From assembly GCA_964022095.1 (NCBI GenBank), contig CAXHZO010000012.1:1-64000 (forward strand): a stretch of DNA of 64,000 nt, read 5' to 3'. Made by a program: the position numbers and the translations under genes. The notes under the pieces are model-generated. The model was given only the letters and a program-made list of their open reading frames with translations, was not told the origin of the DNA and made no database searches. Numbering within the stretch: the first letter of the stretch is position 1; every line of letters begins with the position of its first letter. This DNA comes from an uncultured Arcobacteraceae bacterium. Its GTDB lineage: Bacteria; Campylobacterota; Campylobacteria; Campylobacterales; Arcobacteraceae. Shown one piece after another: positions 29,519-38,966 of the stretch.

Positions 29519-29540
29519 ATTATAGCCTTTTGGCTATAAT
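29519..29540 (+). promoter_or_regulatory. Palindrome containing a -10 box just upstream of mutS2
   Basis: ATTATAGCC-TTTT-GGCTATAAT; TATAAT ends 6 nt before ATG 29547; no Shine-Dalgarno. Confidence 0.55.
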
Positions 29541-29546
29541 CCCGCC

Positions 29547-31751
29547 ATGCAAGATATATTAAAAAAACTAGACCTACAAGACTATATAGAGTCATTCTCA
29601 AAACTATTAGCAAGAGAAAAAGCTATTGTTTTAGAAGGTGATATAAATATTCACCATAGATTAATAAATGAATTATCAAAATATGATATAAAACAGCCAA
29701 CAAATGTTGCAAACTTAGATACTGCATTAGTGCATATTCAAAAGCAAGGTATTTTAAAAGTTGATGATATTTTTGAATTTATTAAAATCATTAAATACTT
29801 CTCTTACTTAAAAAGATTTAACTTTGAAGGTAAATTAGCAGAGTGGATTGATAAAATCATTATCCCAAATGAAATAGAAAAAACAACTCAATACTTTGAT
29901 GACAAAGCAAATTTAAAAGATGGTGTAAATGAAGATTACGACCAAGTTAAGTATGCAATTTCAAAAAACAAAGAGCAAATAAAACAAAGTTTATATAAAA
30001 GTATTAATTCACCTAAAATAAGAAGTTATTTAGTTGATTCTCAAGTACACTTTATAAACGGTGAAGAGTGTATACTAGTAAGAGGTGGATTTAACCATGT
30101 ACTAAAAGCCTCTGTTATTGATAGATCAAACTCAGGGTTTTTCTATGTAATACCACATAGTGTTAGTGAATTAAAACAAAAGCAAAGTGATTTAAGAAAT
30201 AAACAAGAAGAGATAGTTTTAAAAATCTGTAGAGAAATAAGTGCTTTATTTGAAAAAAACTTATTATTTTTAAAGTTTTTAAATAAAGAGTTTGATAGAT
30301 TTGATCATTATCAAGCAAGATTGTTTTTTGCAAAAGTTGGAGATAAGAACTTTATTATTCCTTCTAAGAAAAACCAAAACAAATTAGTAGATTTTGCACA
30401 TCCAGCATTACATGACCCAAAACCAATTACAATTGATTTTACAAAATCAGTAATTATGATAACAGGTGTTAATGCAGGTGGTAAAACTATGATGTTAAAA
30501 TCTATTTTAAGTGCAGTGTTTTTATCAAAATATCTTATTCCATTCAAAGCTCATAAAGATACAAAAATAGGTTACTTTAAATCTATAAATGCAGTACTAG
30601 ATGATCCACAAAGTGTTAAAAACGATATTTCTACTTTTGCTGGACGTATGGTAGAATTTTCTAAACTGTTTGCTGCAAAATCTGCAATTGTTGGGGTTGA
30701 TGAAATTGAACTGGGAACTGATTCAGATGAAGCTGCTAGCTTATTTAAAGTAATAATTGAAGATTTAATTCAAAGAGATATAAAAATCATTATCACAACT
30801 CACCATAAAAGATTAGCATCCTTAATGGCTGCAAATGAAAATGTAGAATTAATAGCAGCACTTTACGATGAAGAGAATCAAAAGCCAACTTATGAGTTTT
30901 TACAAGGAACTATTGGTAGATCATATGCCTTTGAAACAGCAAGTAGATATGGAATTCCATTTAATGTAGTAAAAAGAGCTAAAGAAGTTTATGGTGATGA
31001 TAAAGATAAGTTAAATGGTCTTATTGAAAGAAGTAGTTCTTTAGAGAGAGATTATCAACTAAAACTTGCAAAACTTGAAGATGAAATATCAAAAATGGAG
31101 AGATTAACAAAAAATCTTGAAGAGCAAAAAGAGAAATTAGATGATCATATATACTCAGAAAAATCAAAACTTCATAAAGAGTATAAAGATGCTAGAGATG
31201 AAGCTAAGAAAGCTATTAAAGCTAAATTAGTAAAAGAATCACACCAGCATTTAAATATTGCCCACAAAAAAGCAAGTGAGATTAAAACAGAAAAAGTCCA
31301 AGAAGTTGGTGAGTTAAAAGTAGGGGATAGAGTTAAGTATAGAAATACAAAAGGAAGTATAGTTTCAATAAAAGGTAAAAAAGCCTTTATTGAAAATGAT
31401 ATGGGAATGAAAGTACAAGTTCTTCTTGTAGATTTAACTAGAAGTGGAAATCCACCAATACCAAAAGTAAAACCTAAAAAAGCAACTCTTAGTGTTCAAA
31501 AACCTGATTCTGGTCATGTAAAACTTGATTTACATGGTCAAAGAAGTGATGAGGCTGTAGAAAACCTTGACAAGTTTTTAAGTGATGCTTTAATTGCAGG
31601 TTTTGATGAAGTGTTAGTTTATCATGGAATTGGAACTGGTAAGTTAGCATATGCTGTAAAAGAGTTTTTAAGAACTCATCCAAGTGTAAGAGGTTTTGAA
31701 GATGCTCCTGCAAACCAAGGTGGTTTTGGAGCTAAGATTATAAAACTTTAA
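29547..31751 (+). CDS. mutS2: Endonuclease MutS2
   Basis: GVNAGGKT, ISTFAG, DEIELGTD, TTHH; C-terminal Smr domain LDLHG...HGIGTG. Confidence 0.96.
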   Translation: MQDILKKLDLQDYIESFSKLLAREKAIVLEGDINIHHRLINELSKYDIKQPTNVANLDTALVHIQKQGILKVDDIFEFIKIIKYFSYLKRFNFEGKLAEWIDKIIIPNEIEKTTQYFDDKANLKDGVNEDYDQVKYAISKNKEQIKQSLYKSINSPKIRSYLVDSQVHFINGEECILVRGGFNHVLKASVIDRSNSGFFYVIPHSVSELKQKQSDLRNKQEEIVLKICREISALFEKNLLFLKFLNKEFDRFDHYQARLFFAKVGDKNFIIPSKKNQNKLVDFAHPALHDPKPITIDFTKSVIMITGVNAGGKTMMLKSILSAVFLSKYLIPFKAHKDTKIGYFKSINAVLDDPQSVKNDISTFAGRMVEFSKLFAAKSAIVGVDEIELGTDSDEAASLFKVIIEDLIQRDIKIIITTHHKRLASLMAANENVELIAALYDEENQKPTYEFLQGTIGRSYAFETASRYGIPFNVVKRAKEVYGDDKDKLNGLIERSSSLERDYQLKLAKLEDEISKMERLTKNLEEQKEKLDDHIYSEKSKLHKEYKDARDEAKKAIKAKLVKESHQHLNIAHKKASEIKTEKVQEVGELKVGDRVKYRNTKGSIVSIKGKKAFIENDMGMKVQVLLVDLTRSGNPPIPKVKPKKATLSVQKPDSGHVKLDLHGQRSDEAVENLDKFLSDALIAGFDEVLVYHGIGTGKLAYAVKEFLRTHPSVRGFEDAPANQGGFGAKIIKL

Positions 31752-31761
31752 TCCAAAAGGA

Positions 31762-32157
31762 TTAAAGTTTATACTCTTTTAATGATTTAATAAACTCTTC
31801 CATTGTTTTATTTGCCATATCATTTGGCGCTTCTAAGAAGTTTAATATAAATTTGTCTTTCGTTTCACAAACACCAATACTTCTAGGTCTTACTGCTAAA
31901 ACTTCAGGTGTTGGTAACTCTTTACCAAAACAAAATATTATATTTTTAGCTGCAAGTATATCGGGGTTTATCTCTCCATTTAGTGAATTAGTATGGTTAT
32001 ATTGGTCAAATATAGCGATAAAAGAAACAACACTATGAACATCAATTCTATCTTTTAATGCTTCAATAATTTCATCTACATTTTTATATTTTAGTTCATC
32101 TTTGTTGTACTCAATCTCAAATATATGATACTTATCTTTAAATATTTTTTGTTTCAT
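31762..32157 (-). CDS. Conserved hypothetical protein
   Basis: 131-aa ORF with IIFCFGKELP..EVLAVRPRSIGV; RBS upstream. Confidence 0.75.
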   Translation of the reverse strand: MKQKIFKDKYHIFEIEYNKDELKYKNVDEIIEALKDRIDVHSVVSFIAIFDQYNHTNSLNGEINPDILAAKNIIFCFGKELPTPEVLAVRPRSIGVCETKDKFILNFLEAPNDMANKTMEEFIKSLKEYKL

Positions 32158-32158
32158 T

Positions 32159-32707
32159 TTACTTTCCTTTTAGTGTTATAAATGATTCAATCGCACAATC
32201 CATTCTTTCTTGTACATCTTTAGCATTAATAAAAGAGTAGTCTGTTTGTATTTTATAAATTAATTTATTGGCATATTTAAAATCAAACATCAAATATCCA
32301 GCATAGCCCTTTGCTTTGTCATTATTTTTTGATTTGTCTTCTTTGTCATTTTCATATAAATAGTATTCTATTGTTGTACTCTTATCATCATTAGTTTGAA
32401 CTTCTTTTGCATATTTTTCAATAGTACTAGATAATAACCTATCTAAGTCTTCTATATAAATACTTTCTTTGATATTACTTTTCATATATTTCGAGTATTC
32501 AATATGTGATTTTATAATATAGTTTTTATTTTGAAGTGCTTCAATACCTTCTTTTATAGGACCTTCGGCAAATACTCTTTCAAAAGTAGTTGTTTTAGCT
32601 TGACAATCTAATCTTTTTATTTTTAAACTTTTAGTTGACTCTTTATATATTGCATAAAAAATAGTAGAAAAGACAATTAAAATTATAAGCGGTAAAATTT
32701 TTTTCAT
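32159..32707 (-). CDS. Hypothetical exported/membrane-anchored protein
   Basis: N-terminal hydrophobic segment; AGGAG RBS. Confidence 0.7.
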   Translation of the reverse strand: MKKILPLIILIVFSTIFYAIYKESTKSLKIKRLDCQAKTTTFERVFAEGPIKEGIEALQNKNYIIKSHIEYSKYMKSNIKESIYIEDLDRLLSSTIEKYAKEVQTNDDKSTTIEYYLYENDKEDKSKNNDKAKGYAGYLMFDFKYANKLIYKIQTDYSFINAKDVQERMDCAIESFITLKGK

Positions 32708-32804
32708 AATTCTCCTTGGTGTTATTAGTTAACTCAATAAGAATTATAATATAATATTAATTAGAGTTTAATAAAATATAGTTATATTTAATTATAACTA
32801 TATC

Positions 32805-35800
32805 TTATAATTTACTAATTTTTAAATCAATATTAGAAGTTTTAGAAGATTGTGTTTTGACGTCGATTTTTTTAATAACTTTAATTTGTTTACTTGGAAT
32901 AGATTTGTCTTTTACTAAGTAGTTCTTGATATTTTCAACTCTATTTTTTGCCATTATTTCTAAGTCTTTTTGAGTAATATTTTGTTTAGCAATAATAAAC
33001 TCTTCTAAGGCTTTTTTATATGCTTTTAAATCTAAATTATCATTTTTAGTATAGCTTTGTTTTAAGTCATCAGCATCTTTATCAAAGTCTTCATATAAAT
33101 CTTTTAGTAAATCTATATAATCCTCTTCATAATCTTTATTGCTTTTATCTGGAATTTCATTATTTACTATTTTTTCAAAATTTGCTTTTTTTAGTGCATA
33201 TAAATCTTTTTGTTTATCATATGATGGAGCTAATTCTAAAACAAGATCTTGTTTTTTTGTTAGTATATTTGTAATTTTATCTAAAGTCTCTTTTTGTATT
33301 GGAGTGATGTCATTTTTACCAAAATCGAAATCAACACTATTTATCTCATTTGGGTCATATCCAAACACAGCTCCAAGTAAAGAAAATGGTGCAGTAACAG
33401 CTTTCATAATTAAATTAACAAAGGCTTTAAATACAATAGGTGCAATTGAGAACTGAGGATCATCTACATTTCCACTTACTGGTAAGTTTAAATCAATCAC
33501 ACCATTTGAGTCTTCAAGTAAAGCAATGGCTAATTCAAGTGGTAAAGAAACAGCATCTTCACTTTTTACCTCATCACCTAATTTTAATTGTTTTATTAAA
33601 ACATTATTTTGTGCTTCAAGATTTGATTTTTCAATATTATATTTTAAATCTAAGTCAAGTCTTCCACTTGCTAGTTCTCTTCCTATAAATTTACCAGTAT
33701 ATGGAGTGAAGTTTTGCATTGCAATATTTTTAAATATCATATTAATATCAGTTAAAACTTTAATACTATTTGGATTTACAACACCTGTAATTTTTGTAGT
33801 TCCATATTTATTTACAATACCATTAACGCTTAGTTTTGAAGTACTTGATTTTTCACTTCTAAATTCACTAATCTTTCCATTTAGTTTTGATACTGTTGTT
33901 TTAAATGCAATTGGTAAGTTCTTATCTTCAAAATTAAGTTGACCATTTTTTATATCAATTGGGCCAATATCTATTTTTTTTGTATTGTTATTACTTGTTG
34001 TTTCTTTTTTAACAACTTTTGGTTCTTCTTCTTTTTTTGTATTAGTAGATTTTGGAAGTATTACACTAATAGTTGGTTTATTTAAAACTGTTTTTGTAAC
34101 CTTAAGTAGTTTATTAGAGTTGTAAATTCCAGATACACTAAGATCAATATTGCTTGCTTGAATATTTGTTTTATCTTTAGTATTTAAAAAGTTTACTCTT
34201 GGTTGAACTACTCTTATAGCATTTATATTTAAGCCAGAGGCTTTTTGTGATAATTTATTTACGTATATTTGTAAATCATTTGTTTTTAATGATATATTGT
34301 TTTTTCTATCATTAAAGTTTATATCAGGACGACTTAGTTTAATAGTTTTTATATCTATATTAGAACCATTTAAAGCTAAACTATTTAGATCTATATTTGT
34401 CGATTTTACTAAAACACTCATTGCATTTTTTTTATCAGTTAAATTTAGATTTGGTGTATTTACTGCAATTTTATTAATATTGATTTTAGAACCATTTATC
34501 TTTAAATTGCTTGCATTGATTTTTGATTGATTTACTTTTATATTAAGTTTTGATTGTATCTCATCAAAGTTGATATTTGAAAGTGTCGTATTAAGTGAAT
34601 TAACACTAATATTTGAGCCATCTATATTTATATTATTTGCATTAATGGCATTTGAAGTTGTATTTACTCTTATACTAGACTTATCTTTAAAATTTAAGGC
34701 ATTTGTATTTAGTTTTATACTATTAATAGAAGTTTTATTATCTACTAAGTTTAGTTTGTCAAGATTTATTCCAATTTTATTTGTAATTACACTTAAAGAG
34801 TTTTTTCTATCTTCAAAACTTACTTTTGGAGTATTTAGTGATAATTGATTTAAATCTATATTTGAATTTGCAATTTTTAGAGATGATAGTTTTGTATCTA
34901 TATTTTGTGTTTTTACACTAAGAGCATTTTTATTATCACTAAATGAAATACTTGGGGCATTTAAACTAAAGTTTTTTAAATCTATATTTGAACCATTTAT
35001 ATCTAAAGATGCTAATTTACTATTATTGTTTTGTGTTGATACAGTCATATTATTTACTGTATCACTATACTTAGCGTTTAGGTTTTTTAGATTTGTATTA
35101 TTTAGTTTTACAATCCAAGGTTTAGTGTTTGTAGTTTCTTCTTTTGTTTCATTAGTATTACTTTTTACTAAGTTTGCAAAGTTTAAACCTGTTTTATTTT
35201 GTATCAGGTTTAGATTTAATGAATCAATTGTAGGAGTATCTAGATATATTGATTGTTTAACTAAATCAAAATCAAACTTTGAAATATCAAACTTTTTTAA
35301 GCTCGCAATATCTGTACCATCTTGACTTAGCTTTAGATTGTTTATATTTATATTTGTAGAATTAAGTTTTATATCTATTTGTTTACTTGTATCAATATTA
35401 AAATCTAAATCTATATTTACATTTGCTTCTTTATTAAGTGCAAAATTAAAACTACTCATATCATAATCAAGTACTTCTTTTACTCTAAGATCTTCAAGTT
35501 TAGTTTTACCATACATTTTAAAAGGTACTAGTCTAAATGCACCTTCTACTGATAACTTTGTAAATTCGTTTATTTTTAATTCCAAGTCATTTGATGATAA
35601 TGAGTCTTCAAATGTACCTAAATCTCTTAGTTTATAATTTAGGTCATGTATTGTTATCTTATAAGATTTGTCATTTTTTAGTTTTGTAAAATCAATCTTA
35701 GAATTTTCTAAAAATATCTTAGAAACTAAAAACTTTATATCACTTGATGATTCTTGTTTTTCAGGCCCTTGTTTTGTAGTTGATGGTTTAACTAATTGTG

Positions 35801-36155
35801 TTAAGTTAAAAGTACCATCTTTATTTTCTACTACATTTAAATATAGTTTTTCTAATTTTACTTCTTGTACATTTGCATGTAAATCTGTAATAGATCTAAG
35901 TAAACCTAAGTCTAAAGTTAATTTATCAAATGAAGCAGTAGGGTTTTGTAGCCCTAATTTATAGTTGTATATTCTTGCAGTTAAAGAATAAGGATTAAAT
36001 TCTACTTTTTCTATACTACTTTTTAGTGTTAGATTTTCATCTAAATTTTTTATTAATTGGTCTTTTAAAACACCAGGTATTACCTTGAATCCAATAGTAG
36101 TGTATATTGCTAATATAAAGCAAAGCCACCAAAATGTTTTTTCTATTTTTCCCAT
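32805..36155 (-). CDS. DUF748/AsmA-like envelope protein with internal 42-aa repeats
   Basis: N-terminal TM, FNPYSL, C-terminal FTPYTGKFIG...LPLELAIALLEDSNGVIDLNLPVSGNVDDPQFS. Confidence 0.88.
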   Translation of the reverse strand: MGKIEKTFWWLCFILAIYTTIGFKVIPGVLKDQLIKNLDENLTLKSSIEKVEFNPYSLTARIYNYKLGLQNPTASFDKLTLDLGLLRSITDLHANVQEVKLEKLYLNVVENKDGTFNLTQLVKPSTTKQGPEKQESSSDIKFLVSKIFLENSKIDFTKLKNDKSYKITIHDLNYKLRDLGTFEDSLSSNDLELKINEFTKLSVEGAFRLVPFKMYGKTKLEDLRVKEVLDYDMSSFNFALNKEANVNIDLDFNIDTSKQIDIKLNSTNININNLKLSQDGTDIASLKKFDISKFDFDLVKQSIYLDTPTIDSLNLNLIQNKTGLNFANLVKSNTNETKEETTNTKPWIVKLNNTNLKNLNAKYSDTVNNMTVSTQNNNSKLASLDINGSNIDLKNFSLNAPSISFSDNKNALSVKTQNIDTKLSSLKIANSNIDLNQLSLNTPKVSFEDRKNSLSVITNKIGINLDKLNLVDNKTSINSIKLNTNALNFKDKSSIRVNTTSNAINANNINIDGSNISVNSLNTTLSNINFDEIQSKLNIKVNQSKINASNLKINGSKININKIAVNTPNLNLTDKKNAMSVLVKSTNIDLNSLALNGSNIDIKTIKLSRPDINFNDRKNNISLKTNDLQIYVNKLSQKASGLNINAIRVVQPRVNFLNTKDKTNIQASNIDLSVSGIYNSNKLLKVTKTVLNKPTISVILPKSTNTKKEEEPKVVKKETTSNNNTKKIDIGPIDIKNGQLNFEDKNLPIAFKTTVSKLNGKISEFRSEKSSTSKLSVNGIVNKYGTTKITGVVNPNSIKVLTDINMIFKNIAMQNFTPYTGKFIGRELASGRLDLDLKYNIEKSNLEAQNNVLIKQLKLGDEVKSEDAVSLPLELAIALLEDSNGVIDLNLPVSGNVDDPQFSIAPIVFKAFVNLIMKAVTAPFSLLGAVFGYDPNEINSVDFDFGKNDITPIQKETLDKITNILTKKQDLVLELAPSYDKQKDLYALKKANFEKIVNNEIPDKSNKDYEEDYIDLLKDLYEDFDKDADDLKQSYTKNDNLDLKAYKKALEEFIIAKQNITQKDLEIMAKNRVENIKNYLVKDKSIPSKQIKVIKKIDVKTQSSKTSNIDLKISKL

Positions 36156-36264
36156 TTTAAATCTCGTTAAATTTTATTTTATTATCAATTGTAGTATATT
36201 AATCTTACTTGTTAATTAAATAAATAGGATTAAATGTTATATAAATATACATGTAAGAGGTTTT

Positions 36265-37065
36265 ATGAATAATATAAAAAAACAATTTTTAGGGTTTTAC
36301 TATACACCATCACTTTTTGAAAATATACTAGGTATAAATCAGTTTGAATTTGAAAATATAGATATAGGTAATATAAATATAGATATACAAATACAAAAGA
36401 AACTTCCATTAGGTAAAAGAATAGAGTATTTTTTTGAAGAGTATATAAAGCATAGTAGTAAATATGAATTAAAGTATAAGAATATACAAGTAATAAAAGA
36501 TAAAAATACATTAGGTGAAATTGATTTTATTTTATATGATAAAGCTAATAAGAAGTATATACACACAGAACTTGTATACAAATACTACTTATATGATACT
36601 AGTTTTGAAAATGAGATAGATAGGTATATAGGGCCAAATAGAAATGATACATTAGTCAAGAAACTAAATAAACTAAAAGAAAAACAGTTCCCACTACTTT
36701 TTAATGATCAAACTAAACAGTATATAGATATAGACTTTAGCAATATATATCAAAATAACTCTTTTAAGGCAAATATATATCTTCCATACAAAAAAGATGT
36801 AAATATAAATATAGTTAATAAAAAGTGTGTAAAAGGTTTTTATATAAATTTTGAACAGTTTAAGAAAGAAGATGAGTTTAAAAACTATAAATACTATTTA
36901 CCACATAGATATGATTGGGTTAGTAGTATAGATAAACAAATACAATACATAGAGTATGAAGAGTCATTAAAGTATATAGAGTATTTCTTAAATCTTAAAA
37001 AATCACCATTAGTATGGCTAAAAGATGATGAGGTATACAAAGAGTTCTTTATTACTTGGTGGTAG
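36265..37065 (+). CDS. DUF1853 family protein (PD-(D/E)XK-like)
   Basis: LGKRIEYFF, TLGEIDF, HTELVYKYYL, IGPNRND. Confidence 0.85.
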   Translation: MNNIKKQFLGFYYTPSLFENILGINQFEFENIDIGNINIDIQIQKKLPLGKRIEYFFEEYIKHSSKYELKYKNIQVIKDKNTLGEIDFILYDKANKKYIHTELVYKYYLYDTSFENEIDRYIGPNRNDTLVKKLNKLKEKQFPLLFNDQTKQYIDIDFSNIYQNNSFKANIYLPYKKDVNINIVNKKCVKGFYINFEQFKKEDEFKNYKYYLPHRYDWVSSIDKQIQYIEYEESLKYIEYFLNLKKSPLVWLKDDEVYKEFFITWW

Positions 37066-37133
37066 ATTAGGTTAAATTAACAATAATTGTTTATTAGATA
37101 CAATCCATATAGAATAAGAAGGATGAATATATT

Positions 37134-38234
37134 ATGACAGTTATAGAATTATTTCAAAAATTATTAAGATTTAAATCTGTTACACCTGATGATGATGGAG
37201 CATTTGATTTTATACAGGAGTATCTAGGTGATACTTGGGAATGTATCAGTGTTGATATGGAAGGTGTTAAAAATAGATTTTATTATAAAAAATTTAATGA
37301 CAATCCTCAGCACTTATGTTTTGCAGGACATATAGATGTAGTACCTCCAGGTGAAGGTTGGGATGTAGATCCATTTGCAGCTGATATTGTTGATGGAGTT
37401 ATTACTGCACGTGGTACACAAGATATGAAAAGTGGAGATGCTGCTTTTTTATATGCTTGTAAGCATGCAGTTAATTTTGATGGGACACTTAGTATTCTTA
37501 TGACTTCTGATGAAGAAGGTGAAGGAACATATGGAACTATCAAGATGTTAGAACATCTAAAAGAAATAGATTTTATTCCTCAATATGCAGTAGTAGCAGA
37601 ACCAACTTGTGAAGAAGTTTTTGGAGATGCTATTAAAGTAGGGCGAAGAGGTAGTATAAATGGATATATTACTATAAAAGGTAAACAAGGACATGCAGCT
37701 TACCCTGAGAAGTGTATAAATCCAGTACATAACTTCGCTGAGGTTTTACCAAGAATTGCAGGGCATAACTTAGATAATGGAGATGAATATTTTTCACCTA
37801 GTAAAATGGTTATGACAGATATTAGAGGTGGAATGGAAGTTACAAATGTAACTCCACCAAACCTAAAACTAATGTTCAATGTGAGAAATTCAACAAATAC
37901 TACAAGAGAAAGTGTTGAAGAGTTTATTCATAAAAACCTAGAAGGTTTAGAATATGACTTTAGAACAACTCAAGGTTCATTTCCTTTTGTTACAAATAAA
38001 GAGTCAAAAGTAGTAAAAGCAATGGAAAATTCAATCAAAGAAATAACAGGTGTTACTACAAAACATAGTACAGCAGGTGGAACTAGTGATGCTAGATATT
38101 TTGGTAGCTTTGGAATAGAAGCTATTGAATTTGGTGTTATAAATGATACTATTCATAGTGTTGGTGAAAGAACTACTGTAAAAGAAGTAGAAGACTTAAC
38201 AGCTGTTTATGTGGATTTGATTGAGAAGTTTTAA
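37134..38234 (+). CDS. dapE: Succinyl-diaminopimelate desuccinylase
   Basis: FAGHIDVVP, RGTQDMK, SDEEG, VGRRGS, QGHAAYP, GGTSDAR. Confidence 0.97.
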   Translation: MTVIELFQKLLRFKSVTPDDDGAFDFIQEYLGDTWECISVDMEGVKNRFYYKKFNDNPQHLCFAGHIDVVPPGEGWDVDPFAADIVDGVITARGTQDMKSGDAAFLYACKHAVNFDGTLSILMTSDEEGEGTYGTIKMLEHLKEIDFIPQYAVVAEPTCEEVFGDAIKVGRRGSINGYITIKGKQGHAAYPEKCINPVHNFAEVLPRIAGHNLDNGDEYFSPSKMVMTDIRGGMEVTNVTPPNLKLMFNVRNSTNTTRESVEEFIHKNLEGLEYDFRTTQGSFPFVTNKESKVVKAMENSIKEITGVTTKHSTAGGTSDARYFGSFGIEAIEFGVINDTIHSVGERTTVKEVEDLTAVYVDLIEKF

Positions 38235-38246
38235 GAGGAATAGAAA

Positions 38247-38645
38247 ATGGAAGATAACTTAACAAGATGTAGACAAAGATTTACAAACTATGAAAAATCA
38301 TTGAGACATCTTGAAACTACTGTTGAAAAAGATGTTTTGAACGAGATAGAAAAAGCAGGATTAATACAGTTTTTTGAGGTAACTTTCGAGTTAGCTTGGA
38401 AAGTAATGAAAGATTTTCTCACAGCTGAGGGATATGAAGTAAAAAGTCCAAGAGCTAGTATAAAAACAGCCTTTGAATACGGACTAATAGAAAATGGAAC
38501 TTTATGGCTTGAAGCTCTTGAAAAAAGAAATCTTGCATCACACACTTATGATGACCAAATACTTGATGAACTAGAAGAGTTGATAATAAACTCTTACTAT
38601 CATATCTTAGAAGAGTTCAAAGAAGCTATAAAGAAAAAGCTATGA
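38247..38645 (+). CDS. HEPN-domain nucleotidyltransferase substrate-binding protein (HI0074-like)
   Basis: GLIQFFEVTFELAWK, SPR, HEPN R-X4-H motif RNLASHTY. Confidence 0.92.
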   Translation: MEDNLTRCRQRFTNYEKSLRHLETTVEKDVLNEIEKAGLIQFFEVTFELAWKVMKDFLTAEGYEVKSPRASIKTAFEYGLIENGTLWLEALEKRNLASHTYDDQILDELEELIINSYYHILEEFKEAIKKKL

Positions 38646-38938
38646 TAGGACTTACACAAAAAGAGCTAGAGGTATTAGAAAAAGTATTTAAAAAGTTTAA
38701 TAAACTAGAAGAAATAATACTTTTTGGCTCAAGAGCTTTAGGTACACATAAAAAAGCTTCTGATATAGACCTAGCAATAAAAGGTGATGTAGATATAAAT
38801 ACCTTGGCAAAACTAAAATACACACTTGAAGAAGATACTTTACTTCCATACTTCTTTGATATAGTTATATATGATAATCTTGAAAATGAAGAGCTTAGAA
38901 AGCATATTGATGAGTTTGGAAAAGTTATATTTAAATAA
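38642..38938 (+). CDS. Minimal nucleotidyltransferase (MNT, HI0073-like)
   Basis: LFGSRALG...SDIDLAI and FDIV motifs; ATGA overlap with the HEPN gene. Confidence 0.92.
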   Translation: MIGLTQKELEVLEKVFKKFNKLEEIILFGSRALGTHKKASDIDLAIKGDVDINTLAKLKYTLEEDTLLPYFFDIVIYDNLENEELRKHIDEFGKVIFK

Positions 38939-38966
38939 AATGATAAGTATTTAAAGGTAGTCTATA

